Assembly (NCBI GenBank): GCA_016938275.1 | Contig: JAFGUZ010000059.1 | Coordinates: 9,977-73,976 of the forward strand | Length of the DNA stretch: 64,000 nt | Reading direction: 5' to 3' | From: Candidatus Delongbacteria bacterium | Lineage (GTDB): Bacteria > UBA4055 | Shown here: positions 19,654 to 28,933 of the stretch, piece after piece | Numbering within the stretch: position 1 is the stretch's first letter | How the letters are laid out: the number at the start of each line of letters is the position of its first letter | Notes under the pieces: model-generated | Told to the model about the DNA's origin: nothing | Database searches by the model: none | The model's input: only the letters and a program-made list of their open reading frames with translations | Made by a program: the position numbers and the translations under genes

Positions 19654-21336
19654 GTGTTTACACTAAACTCGGAAAAATTTCCTTTTAAATCCAAACAAGA
19701 AAAACTATATTTATTATCACTAACATCTTCAAATGCTGAAATATCATTTTTCTCTATTTGTCAAGAATTAAACTCAAGTAATGTTGTTCTATTTTTAAAT
19801 CATATTCTAGAAATTGACAGAAGTAAATTTGGCGGAAATTATATTAATTCTATTCAAATATCTAAGAGAACAAGAATTTTTAATCTCATTGGAACTACCG
19901 AGAAATCCTTAGCCGGTAAACTTAAGCAGAAATTCGAAATCAACATCGATATTACCGATAAAATAAAATTAAAAACAAAATTTGAGAAATTAGATTATCA
20001 AAATATTCAAATTATTCTTTTTGAAATATTCAAAAAATACTTAACTATATTAGAGCAAACAAACTCCCTCACTTTTACTAATATCCAATATTACCCTGTT
20101 TTATGTGATTCCCAAGAGATTACTAATCTTGACAAGCAAAATAGATCAGAGAATTATGACAGAAAATTTTATAGTTTCATTATGAAATTTTTAAGTTACA
20201 ATTTGACAATCGCAAGAGATTTGAAAACTAAACATCAACATGATGAAGCTATTCTAATTTTGGTTAAAATTGAAGAGATGTTCAATATTATAAATAATTC
20301 AGGTTTAGAGACCGATAGTAATACTTTAATAGAACTATATGATAATCTAGGAGAACTTTACTATCATGAAAGTAAAAATGAATCAGCTTTCAAAGCTTTC
20401 AATATGGTGGTAAAACTTTCTAAAAAAATTATGAATCATTCAAAAGTTGCAGCAGGATATTATAGATTGGCTGTTCTAGCATACAATAGAGGAAGGGATA
20501 AAGAGGCTGATGAATATTTTTATAAAGTTATAAAAAATCTAGATAAAAATAAAAAATCATACGATTTTCATAAAATATTTGAATATCAAGGAAAATTTTC
20601 ACTTATAAAGAATGAGATTTCAATTGCAAAAATTAATTTTGAAAAGTTACTAAATGAAGCAATTCGATTAGATGATGACTTTATAAGAATGGATGCATAT
20701 TTCAATTTATCTTCAACTCTTTTCATTGAAAATGATTATAAAAAAGCTCTAGAATATATTAGTAACTATATCGAAATAGCAGAAAAAATAAGTGATAATT
20801 TTGAGCTACTCTACGCTTACGATCTTTTGGTGGCAATTTATACAAAGGAGAATAAATCAACTCAACTATTGAATGTATTATATAAATTATCTGAATTGTC
20901 TATAAAATTTAAAAATCCTTTTTTTGAAGCCAGAGCAAATTTAAGACTGGGTATGAGTCTTATAAAATATGGAAGTTTGAAAGAAGCAGAAATTTCTTTA
21001 ATTAAATCTGAGATATATTTTCAAAAAACCGACAATAGAAGAGAGCTAAAGTTTATCTGGTTTCATCTTGGAGAAATATACTTTACAAATTATCTTTATA
21101 AAAAAGCTACTGGATATTTTCTCAAAGCAAAGAAGTTATCAAATTTAGATGACAAGCTATTTAATACTGGCAGGATAGAGTACTATTTAGGAATGATCTC
21201 CCTGGCTAACAATAAATTGGATAAAGCAATTAGACATTTTAAGAAACAGTATGAGATCTCCATCATGAATAGTGATTATGACTTTTCAGATCTTGCTCAA
21301 AAAATGCTAAATAAATTCCCAAACACAATCAATTAA
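19654..21336 (+). CDS. TPR-repeat regulator-like protein, paralog of 11065..13449. The frame is open upstream to 19432 and encodes a transposase-type HTH, so the true start is uncertain.
   Basis: TPR-like repeats run throughout. The listed start is GTG 19654 with a weak SD. The same frame is open from 19432 and encodes ...YPPHIKDEIINYAFSESLTKASLIYSVDRSTIREWIRKS, which is HTH-like. A perfect AGGAGG lies at 19437-19442, but the upstream frame has no ATG/GTG/TTG (nearest is ATT 19447). Confidence 0.55.
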   Translation: MFTLNSEKFPFKSKQEKLYLLSLTSSNAEISFFSICQELNSSNVVLFLNHILEIDRSKFGGNYINSIQISKRTRIFNLIGTTEKSLAGKLKQKFEINIDITDKIKLKTKFEKLDYQNIQIILFEIFKKYLTILEQTNSLTFTNIQYYPVLCDSQEITNLDKQNRSENYDRKFYSFIMKFLSYNLTIARDLKTKHQHDEAILILVKIEEMFNIINNSGLETDSNTLIELYDNLGELYYHESKNESAFKAFNMVVKLSKKIMNHSKVAAGYYRLAVLAYNRGRDKEADEYFYKVIKNLDKNKKSYDFHKIFEYQGKFSLIKNEISIAKINFEKLLNEAIRLDDDFIRMDAYFNLSSTLFIENDYKKALEYISNYIEIAEKISDNFELLYAYDLLVAIYTKENKSTQLLNVLYKLSELSIKFKNPFFEARANLRLGMSLIKYGSLKEAEISLIKSEIYFQKTDNRRELKFIWFHLGEIYFTNYLYKKATGYFLKAKKLSNLDDKLFNTGRIEYYLGMISLANNKLDKAIRHFKKQYEISIMNSDYDFSDLAQKMLNKFPNTIN

Positions 21337-21345
21337 TAGGAGAAG

Positions 21346-23046
21346 ATGATGAAAACACATGGAACAAAAACAATCGTAGCAGTTATGTTGCTCTCAATTG
21401 TTTCACTTTTCTCAACCACGCTCTACCAATACTCATTTGATGATAGTATTGAGGAGTGGACAATTAAAAACGACGACACTGGATTCATGCATGGTTTTGC
21501 CAGTTCACTTGTTTATACAGGTAATGGCGGAAATGAAACAAAATGCATCTATATTCAGGATGTTAATTTGGCTGGAGGGTCATCAGACATTGGTTATTCT
21601 CCACTATTGGATTTATCGACATACTCAGGAACTCCAGTTAAGTTGAGTTTTGACTATCTTCATTCAGCAGCTTTGGATGATGAGTTAAAAATAGTTTATA
21701 GAACATCGCCTGAAGGAGAATGGTTAGATTTAACAGAGCTACTTCCTACTACAGCTATAAATGATGATATTGTCTTTTTGAATTATGACCTGATGTTACC
21801 TGATGAAGCTCTTATCGAAAATTTACAAATTGGATTTTCATATATCCCAGTTTGGGCATCTGTTGGAGCAGCATTTGATAATGTAAAAATAGAATCATTT
21901 CAGGATAGTAATCCCCCTGAAGTGGTGTATATCTCAGGATTAGTTAATTCTGGAGAAAATTTAAATATCGCAATAACCGTCGATGATGATTCGGAATTAG
22001 TTTCTACGATTTCAGGAGTATACACTATAAACAATCAAACTTACAATTTTTCTGCAGAATATGTAGAGTTTGATGGCGAAAATAAATATAAGGTTGAGAT
22101 AACTATCGACAGTAATTTTCTAGGTGAAATTAGTTTTGAGACAACTCTTTCAGATATTCACCAAAATCAAAACTCTATAGATTTTATTGTAAATGTAATT
22201 CCTGCTGAAACATTTATTTATGATGGGTTTGAAAATTATACTGACTTTTCAAACAATGTAACAAACTGGACATTCATCAATAGAAATAACTCTGGTACTT
22301 ATTATCTAGGATCTTATGAGTATCCAAATCAAGGAGAAATCCCAGGATTTATTGTATTCAATAATCAAGCAACAAATCCTCCATTACCAGATACAGATTT
22401 TGCGTTTGAAGGAGTTAAATCTATGATGTGTATGAGTGCTCTGAATCCTCCTAATGACAATTGGTTAATCTCACCACCAATTGTATCAGAATTTGGATAT
22501 TTATCTTTTTGGGCTCGTTCAATTCAATCAATTTATGGTTTAGATAGGTTTGAAGTTTACTATTCTCTCACAGGATCAGATCCTTCAGATTTCATAGATT
22601 TAAACCCAGATACAGAATATTTGGAAGCCCCAGTGGAATGGACGAATTACTCTTATGAGATTCCTCCGGGTGCTAAATACTTTGCAATCAGATCATTATC
22701 TGATGACAATTTTGGTTTGCTAACCGATATGTTCAGCTATAATAGCAGCATTGATATCACAGAATCTACAAAACCACTCAGTATTTCTTTGTTCTCAAAT
22801 TATCCAAATCCATTCAACAATGTTACGACAATTAGTTTTGAATTGAATAATCCTGAAGAGATCGAACTTAATATTTATAATCCAAAAGGCGAATTGGTGG
22901 AAAATCTCGTATATGGACACTATAATTCGGGTCTTCATCAGGTAAGTTTTAATTGTGACAACTTAAGTTCGGGAATCTATTTTGCAGTTCTTAAAACAAA
23001 AAATTCAGACTTATCTCAAACGAGAAGAATTGTTCTACTGAAATAA
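21346..23046 (+). CDS. Secreted surface protein with a T9SS-type C-terminal sorting domain (Por secretion tail)
   Basis: Signal peptide. The last ~85 aa, LFSNYPNPFNNVTTISFEL...IYNPKGELVENL...SGIYFAVLKT, match the type-A T9SS CTD consensus (NYPNPFNP...IYD..G......SGVYFY). Confidence 0.75.
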   Translation: MMKTHGTKTIVAVMLLSIVSLFSTTLYQYSFDDSIEEWTIKNDDTGFMHGFASSLVYTGNGGNETKCIYIQDVNLAGGSSDIGYSPLLDLSTYSGTPVKLSFDYLHSAALDDELKIVYRTSPEGEWLDLTELLPTTAINDDIVFLNYDLMLPDEALIENLQIGFSYIPVWASVGAAFDNVKIESFQDSNPPEVVYISGLVNSGENLNIAITVDDDSELVSTISGVYTINNQTYNFSAEYVEFDGENKYKVEITIDSNFLGEISFETTLSDIHQNQNSIDFIVNVIPAETFIYDGFENYTDFSNNVTNWTFINRNNSGTYYLGSYEYPNQGEIPGFIVFNNQATNPPLPDTDFAFEGVKSMMCMSALNPPNDNWLISPPIVSEFGYLSFWARSIQSIYGLDRFEVYYSLTGSDPSDFIDLNPDTEYLEAPVEWTNYSYEIPPGAKYFAIRSLSDDNFGLLTDMFSYNSSIDITESTKPLSISLFSNYPNPFNNVTTISFELNNPEEIELNIYNPKGELVENLVYGHYNSGLHQVSFNCDNLSSGIYFAVLKTKNSDLSQTRRIVLLK

Positions 23047-23062
23047 TACTTATAAAAAAAAA

Positions 23063-23088
23063 GCTCTGTAACCAGAGCTTTTTTTATT
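23063..23088. terminator. Bidirectional rho-independent terminator between convergent genes (AGCTCTG-TAACC-CAGAGCT flanked by A8 and T7)
   Basis: 7-bp perfect stem with A-run upstream and T-run downstream. It serves both the + gene ending at 23046 and the - gene ending at 23084. Confidence 0.6.
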
Positions 23089-23608
23089 CATTTATTCTAG
23101 AGACCGTATAATAAATATTTACAATCAAAGCTAATTTTGCAACGACATTTATGAAGTTTGAGAAATAACTCATTATATTACCAGGAACAATTATTGTATC
23201 ACCAGGTTTCAAAGGAGGTAGTAAGTCATAATCTCCGGTTTGTAAGAAATCTTCTAGATTAACGTAAATTATCGCTTCTTCACCTAATTCAAGATTTGTT
23301 CTAACGATTTTAATAGAACTTAAATTTGCATTCTCACTTGGTCCACCACAAAAAGAGATCATGGAAACAAGATCTGTATCACTTGGAATAGTAAATTGAC
23401 CAGTTCTTTTTACTTCACCCCAAATATTAATTCTAATTTGGATTTCATCATTATCACCCACGATATATCCATTATTAATAAACTCATCATCCAATGTTTG
23501 CTTCTTCTCAATTTTAGAATTATTCATATCAAAGATATCTATCGCAGTCTGAGCGAAAATAGTGTACAACATTGAACTAATCAATAATAATGATATAATT
23601 TTTTTCAC
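23084..23608 (-). CDS. Polysaccharide export protein (Wza/GumB-like: Poly_export motif plus SLBB domain), short form
   Basis: Signal peptide. YIVGDNDEIQIRIWGE resembles the Wza Poly_export motif (YRVGPGDVLQVTVW). SLBB-like C-terminus with GDTIIVPG. Confidence 0.6.
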   Translation of the reverse strand: MKKIISLLLISSMLYTIFAQTAIDIFDMNNSKIEKKQTLDDEFINNGYIVGDNDEIQIRINIWGEVKRTGQFTIPSDTDLVSMISFCGGPSENANLSSIKIVRTNLELGEEAIIYVNLEDFLQTGDYDLLPPLKPGDTIIVPGNIMSYFSNFINVVAKLALIVNIYYTVSRINE

Positions 23609-23617
23609 AATTTCTCC

Positions 23618-24340
23618 TTATTGTAATGTTTTAAATTCAGAATATGAACCTTTTAATGGATAACTTGAAACATTTTGATATATCTCAACTCTTGCTGATA
23701 CATTTGTTTGAGATAATCCGGAAACTTTAAATTTCAACGAATCTACCTCGCCAAGTAAAAAATTTCCAATAACAGTATAACTTAACTGATCTCCAGAAAA
23801 AATTTTTACAACTGGATACCTCTGTGACGTATAATTCCCTCTGTACAACCATTTGACCAACAAAGTGTCGTTATCATTTCTTTGAAACTTAGTCACTCTC
23901 GCTTTTTCCAATAATTCATACTTCATGGAATTGGAAGGTTCACTCAAATTGTCATCTTCATCTATTGCTATCACTCTATACTCATTCCTTATCGGAGAAT
24001 TTTCTGAAATGAACAGGGAATCGAAATCATCTATAATAAAAGTATCAACAATAGCATCCTCATTCAATCTAACCCAAACAGAATCATTGATATTATCTAT
24101 CCTTAATCTTTCAACAAAGTATCCTGCAAGATCCTCATCCTGATTCTGATACCAAGAAAGGTAGATAAAATCTCCTTCAGATACAGGTCTTATCCTAGTT
24201 TCTTTTCCTTCAAGAAAAAAAGATTCATCAAAGTTTGCTGTTATCAAAGAAGGTTTTATAGGAGGAGTTGAGTCAATGTTGTCAATATTTTCTCCACAAG
24301 AAATTAGAATAAGAAATAAAAAAAATAGTATATGTTTCAT
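23618..24340 (-). CDS. Lipoprotein with FN3-like beta-sandwich repeats, function unknown
   Basis: Lipobox LISCG. No catalytic motifs. Co-oriented and abutting the Wza-like gene and the outer-membrane protein gene. Confidence 0.45.
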   Translation of the reverse strand: MKHILFFLFLILISCGENIDNIDSTPPIKPSLITANFDESFFLEGKETRIRPVSEGDFIYLSWYQNQDEDLAGYFVERLRIDNINDSVWVRLNEDAIVDTFIIDDFDSLFISENSPIRNEYRVIAIDEDDNLSEPSNSMKYELLEKARVTKFQRNDNDTLLVKWLYRGNYTSQRYPVVKIFSGDQLSYTVIGNFLLGEVDSLKFKVSGLSQTNVSARVEIYQNVSSYPLKGSYSEFKTLQ

Positions 24341-25374
24341 TAAAAATCCAATAAATCATTAAAATTATACGATAATGAAATTTTATTTACAGCCCCCAGA
24401 TCTGAATCTCTAAAACCATAGTCTAAAGAAAACCCAAGATATGAAACACCACCACCATAGGTAACTATTGAGTCGTAAGTACCAATTCTTAAGCTTATCA
24501 TATCAAACCATTTTAGTTCCAAACCCCAGTGATCAACAGAGTTTTCAATCTCTGTTTCATAATGAAAATCATAAGAAGTCGTAATGTCTGTTTTAATAAA
24601 TTTTAATGGAAAAACATATTCTGCTCCAGTTCTTATCCTTATCGGTATAGCATCTTGAGCAGTATCTGACCAAGAAATTCCAGTTTTATTAAAATCTGTT
24701 ATTGAAAATCCCAATTTAATAGGATTCAAACCTCTTATAGAACTAACTTTATTGATATCTACCAAACAAATTAAACCTCCATCAAAACCAAATCCAGTGG
24801 CAGACCTGTCAGCTAAAGCAATATTTATGTATTTAAAATTGAACCCAGCACTGATATCTAATGGAAATGTGAAAAATGCCCAGCCAAGATCTAGTTCTGT
24901 TTTAATCCTCTTGGCGATAGATATAAAAAAAGCATCCTCTCTATCACTGAAATAGTTATTCCCGTCAGGATTATAGGGTTCGCCATTATTTTCTTCTATC
25001 TTTTTCCATCTATCAACATCACTATAGTCAGGGAAATATGGAATATCATCCACAGCAAGTCTTATCCAGTTAAAACCTATAGCAGCGTCTAAAGACTTAT
25101 AAGGAACAACTATACCAGCATAATGATAATAAGCTAAATTATCACTTACAGATCCAAAGATTGAACTATATTGAGTAGATACTGATAAATCTTTTAAAAA
25201 TGCAATAGATGCTGGATTTTTGTGAAATGCTCCCACCGACGAAGTTTCACACACTCCAGTCATCCCCATACTCATACTCCTTACATCAGGATTGAACATC
25301 AAAAACTCACCAGCGTATTTTGCTGCACTCGCAATCGATGAAACTAGCAATAGTATTATAAACGCAATTTTCAT
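24340..25374 (-). CDS. Outer-membrane beta-barrel protein, function unknown (possibly EPS-export or T9SS-associated)
   Basis: Signal peptide ending SIASAAK. Alternating amphipathic beta strands. C-terminal ...NFNDLLDF with a terminal Phe typical of OMPs. Confidence 0.5.
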   Translation of the reverse strand: MKIAFIILLLVSSIASAAKYAGEFLMFNPDVRSMSMGMTGVCETSSVGAFHKNPASIAFLKDLSVSTQYSSIFGSVSDNLAYYHYAGIVVPYKSLDAAIGFNWIRLAVDDIPYFPDYSDVDRWKKIEENNGEPYNPDGNNYFSDREDAFFISIAKRIKTELDLGWAFFTFPLDISAGFNFKYINIALADRSATGFGFDGGLICLVDINKVSSIRGLNPIKLGFSITDFNKTGISWSDTAQDAIPIRIRTGAEYVFPLKFIKTDITTSYDFHYETEIENSVDHWGLELKWFDMISLRIGTYDSIVTYGGGVSYLGFSLDYGFRDSDLGAVNKISLSYNFNDLLDF

Positions 25375-25437
25375 TATTTTCCCACATAAGTGTCGTTAAT
25401 ATAGAAACTATTCTTATAAAAATCAACAATTAGATTA

Positions 25438-25466
25438 TTGCATTTCCTGACTCTGATAATTATATT
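25438..25466 (+). promoter_or_regulatory. Sigma70-type promoter (TTGCAT-17-TATATT) upstream of the tRNA
   Basis: -35 TTGCAT at 25438-25443, 17-nt spacer, -10 TATATT at 25461-25466. The tRNA 5' end lies 13 nt downstream. Confidence 0.4.
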
Positions 25467-25479
25467 CTCAATTAATAAC

Positions 25480-25578
25480 GGGTCAGGATGGGGTCCTGGT
25501 GGCCCTCGCGGACTTCAAATCCGGCTGCGAGGCACTAGTAATGTCTTGGGTGAGTTCGATTCTCACACTGGCCCGCCA
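25480..25578 (+). tRNA. selC: Selenocysteine tRNA (tRNA-Sec, anticodon UCA), ~99 nt with a long variable arm
   Basis: Anticodon stem-loop GGACTTCAAATCC is identical to E. coli selC and gives loop CU-UCA-AA. T-arm GTGAG-TTCGATT-CTCAC. 8-nt 3' acceptor strand ACTGGCCC then G-CCA, pairing 7/8 with the 5' GGGTCAGG (one G-U). The length and long variable arm are typical of tRNA-Sec, and the orientation is fixed by the T-loop position. The D-arm could not be folded confidently by hand. Confidence 0.65.
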
Positions 25579-27435
25579 TTATTCCAATCTTCTATCCATT
25601 AACTTCCATATTTCAAATTCATCAAGAATTCTGTTTTCCTTTGTTGCTTCAATCTCCTTTACAGGTTCATCATCAGCTCTTAACTTGTTGATTGCAAACA
25701 GTCCTTCACTGTCTCTTGGGAAATCCCGTTTCAAAATATTGTAACAATTCAATGCCTTTTCACCATTGTGGATATACATCTCATTTAGTAAAGCCAGAGA
25801 AAGAACTACTTTTGGATAAATTTCATGATCTTGAGATTTAAACATCAGCTTAGTAAGTAAAGAATCTGCCATTTCAAACTCATCTTTTAAAATACTTTCT
25901 GACGCCAAATCAAATAGATAACTAAGAGTATCCTCAATGAAATCGATAGTAGGTAGATTTTGCTCAATTCTGATCCTATTTGCAGCTAGTGTTCTTGGAT
26001 ACTTTTCTAATATTATATTTTTTAGAGAATCTGATACATTTTTATTGCTATTTTCAAGCTCGGCTAATAACAACAAACATCTCGACGAATAATGAGGATA
26101 ATCATCATAATTAGAGCCACCTTTTAAATATCGTATTGCGGAGTCAGGTGTTGATAATTCAGTAATTAAAAGATCGGAAATATTGAAATAATTCCTTACA
26201 GTTTCATCTCTAATCTTTTTTATCTTTCTCTCCATAAGCTGAATTTCATCTAATTTTTCTTGTTTATCTTCATCGGAAATCTCATATAATTCATTATTAA
26301 ATTCAGCAATTTTTAAATTCAAACTATCTTCGCTGTAAAGATAATTCTTTATTTCTCTTGCATATTTATTCACTGAAAAAATCGATTTCGATCTTTTTTG
26401 ACTTTTTTCAAAAGATTTTGTTTTTGCATAATAATATTTTACGGAATCATAATAAGATGCTGCTTTATCTAGATCTTTTTTAAGTAATAAATAATATTCT
26501 GCCATATAAAAAGAAGCTTCTGCCAAAATACTATCATTTGAAGAACCTTTTCTGTATGTTCGCAGTAATTCATCAAACTTATCAACAGCTTTATCATAGT
26601 CTTTATTTATAAATTTTATCTTAGCAATACTGAACTCCACGTCGGAAATATAAGCCTCATAGTCAACATCAGCTAAAAGGTCATTATAAATTTCAAGAGC
26701 ACTGTCTGTATGCCCCCTTTCCTGAAGCAATTCGCCAAGTCTCAAGAAATATCGTACTTTGTCCTTTCTTGATTCTGTTATGGTTGATAGTTTATAATAA
26801 TCTCTTTCTGCCTCTCTAGATAAACCATGAGTTTCTGCTAGGTAAGCTTTTCTCTCTAGAATATCAATTAGCTCTTCATCGTCCTCCACATATTTCGAAG
26901 CTTTTGAAAAATAATTATATGCTTCCGATGTGTCTTTTTGACTCAACCTCATCTCTGCTAAAAGCTTTAAATATATTTTCATGCCTTCAGAGTCAGTACT
27001 ATCTGGCTTGATCTCACTCAAATATTCTCTTAACTCATCAAATTTACCCAATTTTATCTCAGTTTCGCAAAGCCAGATTTTAGCTTGATCAATGAGTTCA
27101 CTTTCTGGATAATTTGTTAATAGCTCAATATATTTCCTTTCAGATCTTTCATAGGATCTTAACCTGTAATAACAACGCCCCATCAATAGTAAAGCATCAT
27201 CAACCCAATCACTCTCCGGATAAAACTCAAGAATCTTAGAGAGTTCTTTAATACTTTTTTCATAAAAATCGTCAACACTTGATGAAGATTCCAATCTTTT
27301 CTCTTTTAACTTTTTTTCACCATCATTAAAATGCTTATTACCATTAAAATACATATTGTAATAAACACAACTTGTCAGGGATATAATTGAGATAAATAAT
27401 ACTATTTTTACTAATGTCTTAACATTTTTTTGCAT
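25579..27435 (-). CDS. TPR-repeat lipoprotein
   Basis: Lipobox LTSC. Multiple TPR-like repeats (YYRLRSYERSERKYIELL..., AEYYLLLKKDLDKAASYY...). Its stop abuts the tRNA 3' end. Confidence 0.6.
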   Translation of the reverse strand: MQKNVKTLVKIVLFISIISLTSCVYYNMYFNGNKHFNDGEKKLKEKRLESSSSVDDFYEKSIKELSKILEFYPESDWVDDALLLMGRCYYRLRSYERSERKYIELLTNYPESELIDQAKIWLCETEIKLGKFDELREYLSEIKPDSTDSEGMKIYLKLLAEMRLSQKDTSEAYNYFSKASKYVEDDEELIDILERKAYLAETHGLSREAERDYYKLSTITESRKDKVRYFLRLGELLQERGHTDSALEIYNDLLADVDYEAYISDVEFSIAKIKFINKDYDKAVDKFDELLRTYRKGSSNDSILAEASFYMAEYYLLLKKDLDKAASYYDSVKYYYAKTKSFEKSQKRSKSIFSVNKYAREIKNYLYSEDSLNLKIAEFNNELYEISDEDKQEKLDEIQLMERKIKKIRDETVRNYFNISDLLITELSTPDSAIRYLKGGSNYDDYPHYSSRCLLLLAELENSNKNVSDSLKNIILEKYPRTLAANRIRIEQNLPTIDFIEDTLSYLFDLASESILKDEFEMADSLLTKLMFKSQDHEIYPKVVLSLALLNEMYIHNGEKALNCYNILKRDFPRDSEGLFAINKLRADDEPVKEIEATKENRILDEFEIWKLMDRRLE

Positions 27436-28919
27436 AAATTAGCCACTTCTCTAAAATTAACTTTTCCATTTCCCATCATAGGAAACTCTTTAAATTTAAT
27501 ATATTTTTTAGGTAGAGATATATTTGGTAGGTACTCCATTAGATCTTTTTTCAATCTCTTTTCGTCAAATTCACCAGCTATACAAAGCCAAATTTCAGAT
27601 CCTTTCACTGGATGAGGAATATCTACAGCACAGCATAAACAATTAGAACATATACATTTTTCAGCATAATACTCTATATTTGGAAGTGAAATCATTTCTC
27701 CTGCGATTTTCACAAATCTTTTTAATCTGCCATGATGATGCAAATATCCATCCTTGTCCATCACCCCCATATCACCCGTATCATACCATCCTCTATGTAT
27801 TCTATAAGATGTCTCTTCCTGATCGTAAAGATACCCACTCATTACATTTCCACCCTTCACTAGGATTTTGCCAATCTTTCCATTAGGTAATACATCATCT
27901 GTTTCAAGACTTACAATTTTTACTTCAATATTGGCTAAAGGTTTCCCAATACTGCCTTTCTTAAATATTTCAGGGCTATTTGTAGATATAACAGGAGCTG
28001 TTTCTGTAGTACCATATCCTTCTAGAAGTTTAACTTTATGTTTATCATAGAAATCATCAAAAATTTTATCAGAGAGTTTGTCGCCACCAGAAACTGCGAA
28101 CTTGAGAGATGAAAAATCGCCTTGATTACTTTTCAGATTATAATTATGGAAAAAAGCAGGTGTAGCTGTCATCGCCCCAGGTCTATATTTCTTTGCTAAT
28201 TCTGCCACTCTGGAATACTCAAGAGGATTAGGGACGGCAACTAGCGAAGATCCAATAGTCAAAGGAAGCCAAAAGGTTGTTGTCAAACCAAAGACATGAA
28301 AAAGTGGAAGAACTCCTAAAAATGTATCATCAGATGTAACTTTTAAACGATTCTGTATACCTTCAAGATTATGTAATATATTTTCGTGAGAAAGTACAAC
28401 AGCTTTTGGATTTTTTTCACTTCCACTGGTGAATAAAATTACTGCCGGTGTATCTGGGTTTGGTTTATGGGCAAATTGAAAAGCCATTTTTGATTTCAAA
28501 GCTGCTTTGATTTTTGTGAATGATCCAACTGAACTAATTATATCTTCTAAACAAATCATATTTTCAATTTTTTCGATATTAAGTTTTTCTAAAAGTTTTG
28601 AAGATGTATAAACCGTATCAAATCCAACGAAATCCATAGCATACTTACAATTATTAATAGCACCTGTAGAATAATTAATCATTACAGGAATTTTCCCCGC
28701 AAATAAAGTACCTAATATTGTAAGAATACATCCAGCTGAATTTGGAACCATAATTCCAATATAATGACTTGCTGATTTTTTAATATTTGATGCCATGATA
28801 AATGATCCAATTAGAATCTTTTCATAGCTCAAATCCTTTCCAGTTGCTACATCATGAATTGCAACTTTCTGTCGATTTTTGTTTACTATATCAATGAACT
28901 TATGATGTAATAATTCCAT
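27411..28919 (-). CDS. AMP-binding (adenylate-forming) enzyme, acyl-CoA/acyl-ACP synthetase-like, paralog 1
   Basis: AMP-binding motifs LFTSGSEKNPKAV, GYGTTETAP and YDTGDMG. Cys-rich C-terminus CICSNCLCC. Confidence 0.75.
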   Translation of the reverse strand: MELLHHKFIDIVNKNRQKVAIHDVATGKDLSYEKILIGSFIMASNIKKSASHYIGIMVPNSAGCILTILGTLFAGKIPVMINYSTGAINNCKYAMDFVGFDTVYTSSKLLEKLNIEKIENMICLEDIISSVGSFTKIKAALKSKMAFQFAHKPNPDTPAVILFTSGSEKNPKAVVLSHENILHNLEGIQNRLKVTSDDTFLGVLPLFHVFGLTTTFWLPLTIGSSLVAVPNPLEYSRVAELAKKYRPGAMTATPAFFHNYNLKSNQGDFSSLKFAVSGGDKLSDKIFDDFYDKHKVKLLEGYGTTETAPVISTNSPEIFKKGSIGKPLANIEVKIVSLETDDVLPNGKIGKILVKGGNVMSGYLYDQEETSYRIHRGWYDTGDMGVMDKDGYLHHHGRLKRFVKIAGEMISLPNIEYYAEKCICSNCLCCAVDIPHPVKGSEIWLCIAGEFDEKRLKKDLMEYLPNISLPKKYIKFKEFPMMGNGKVNFREVANLCKKMLRH

Positions 28920-28933
28920 TTGATTTTCCTGTT

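Noticed and set aside
25480-25578. Alternative reading of the tRNA on the minus strand as tRNA-Ser (anticodon UGA)
   Set aside because: On the minus strand the TTCGA-containing T-loop would sit at the 5' end, and the 3' end would lack any T-arm/CCA-like structure. Only the plus-strand orientation gives a T-arm followed by an acceptor strand and G-CCA.
25499-25744. 81-aa ORF overlapping the tRNA and the 3' end of the TPR lipoprotein gene
   Set aside because: It lies inside a structural RNA and antisense to a well-supported CDS, with low-complexity Ser/Leu-rich translation. It is a spurious six-frame ORF.
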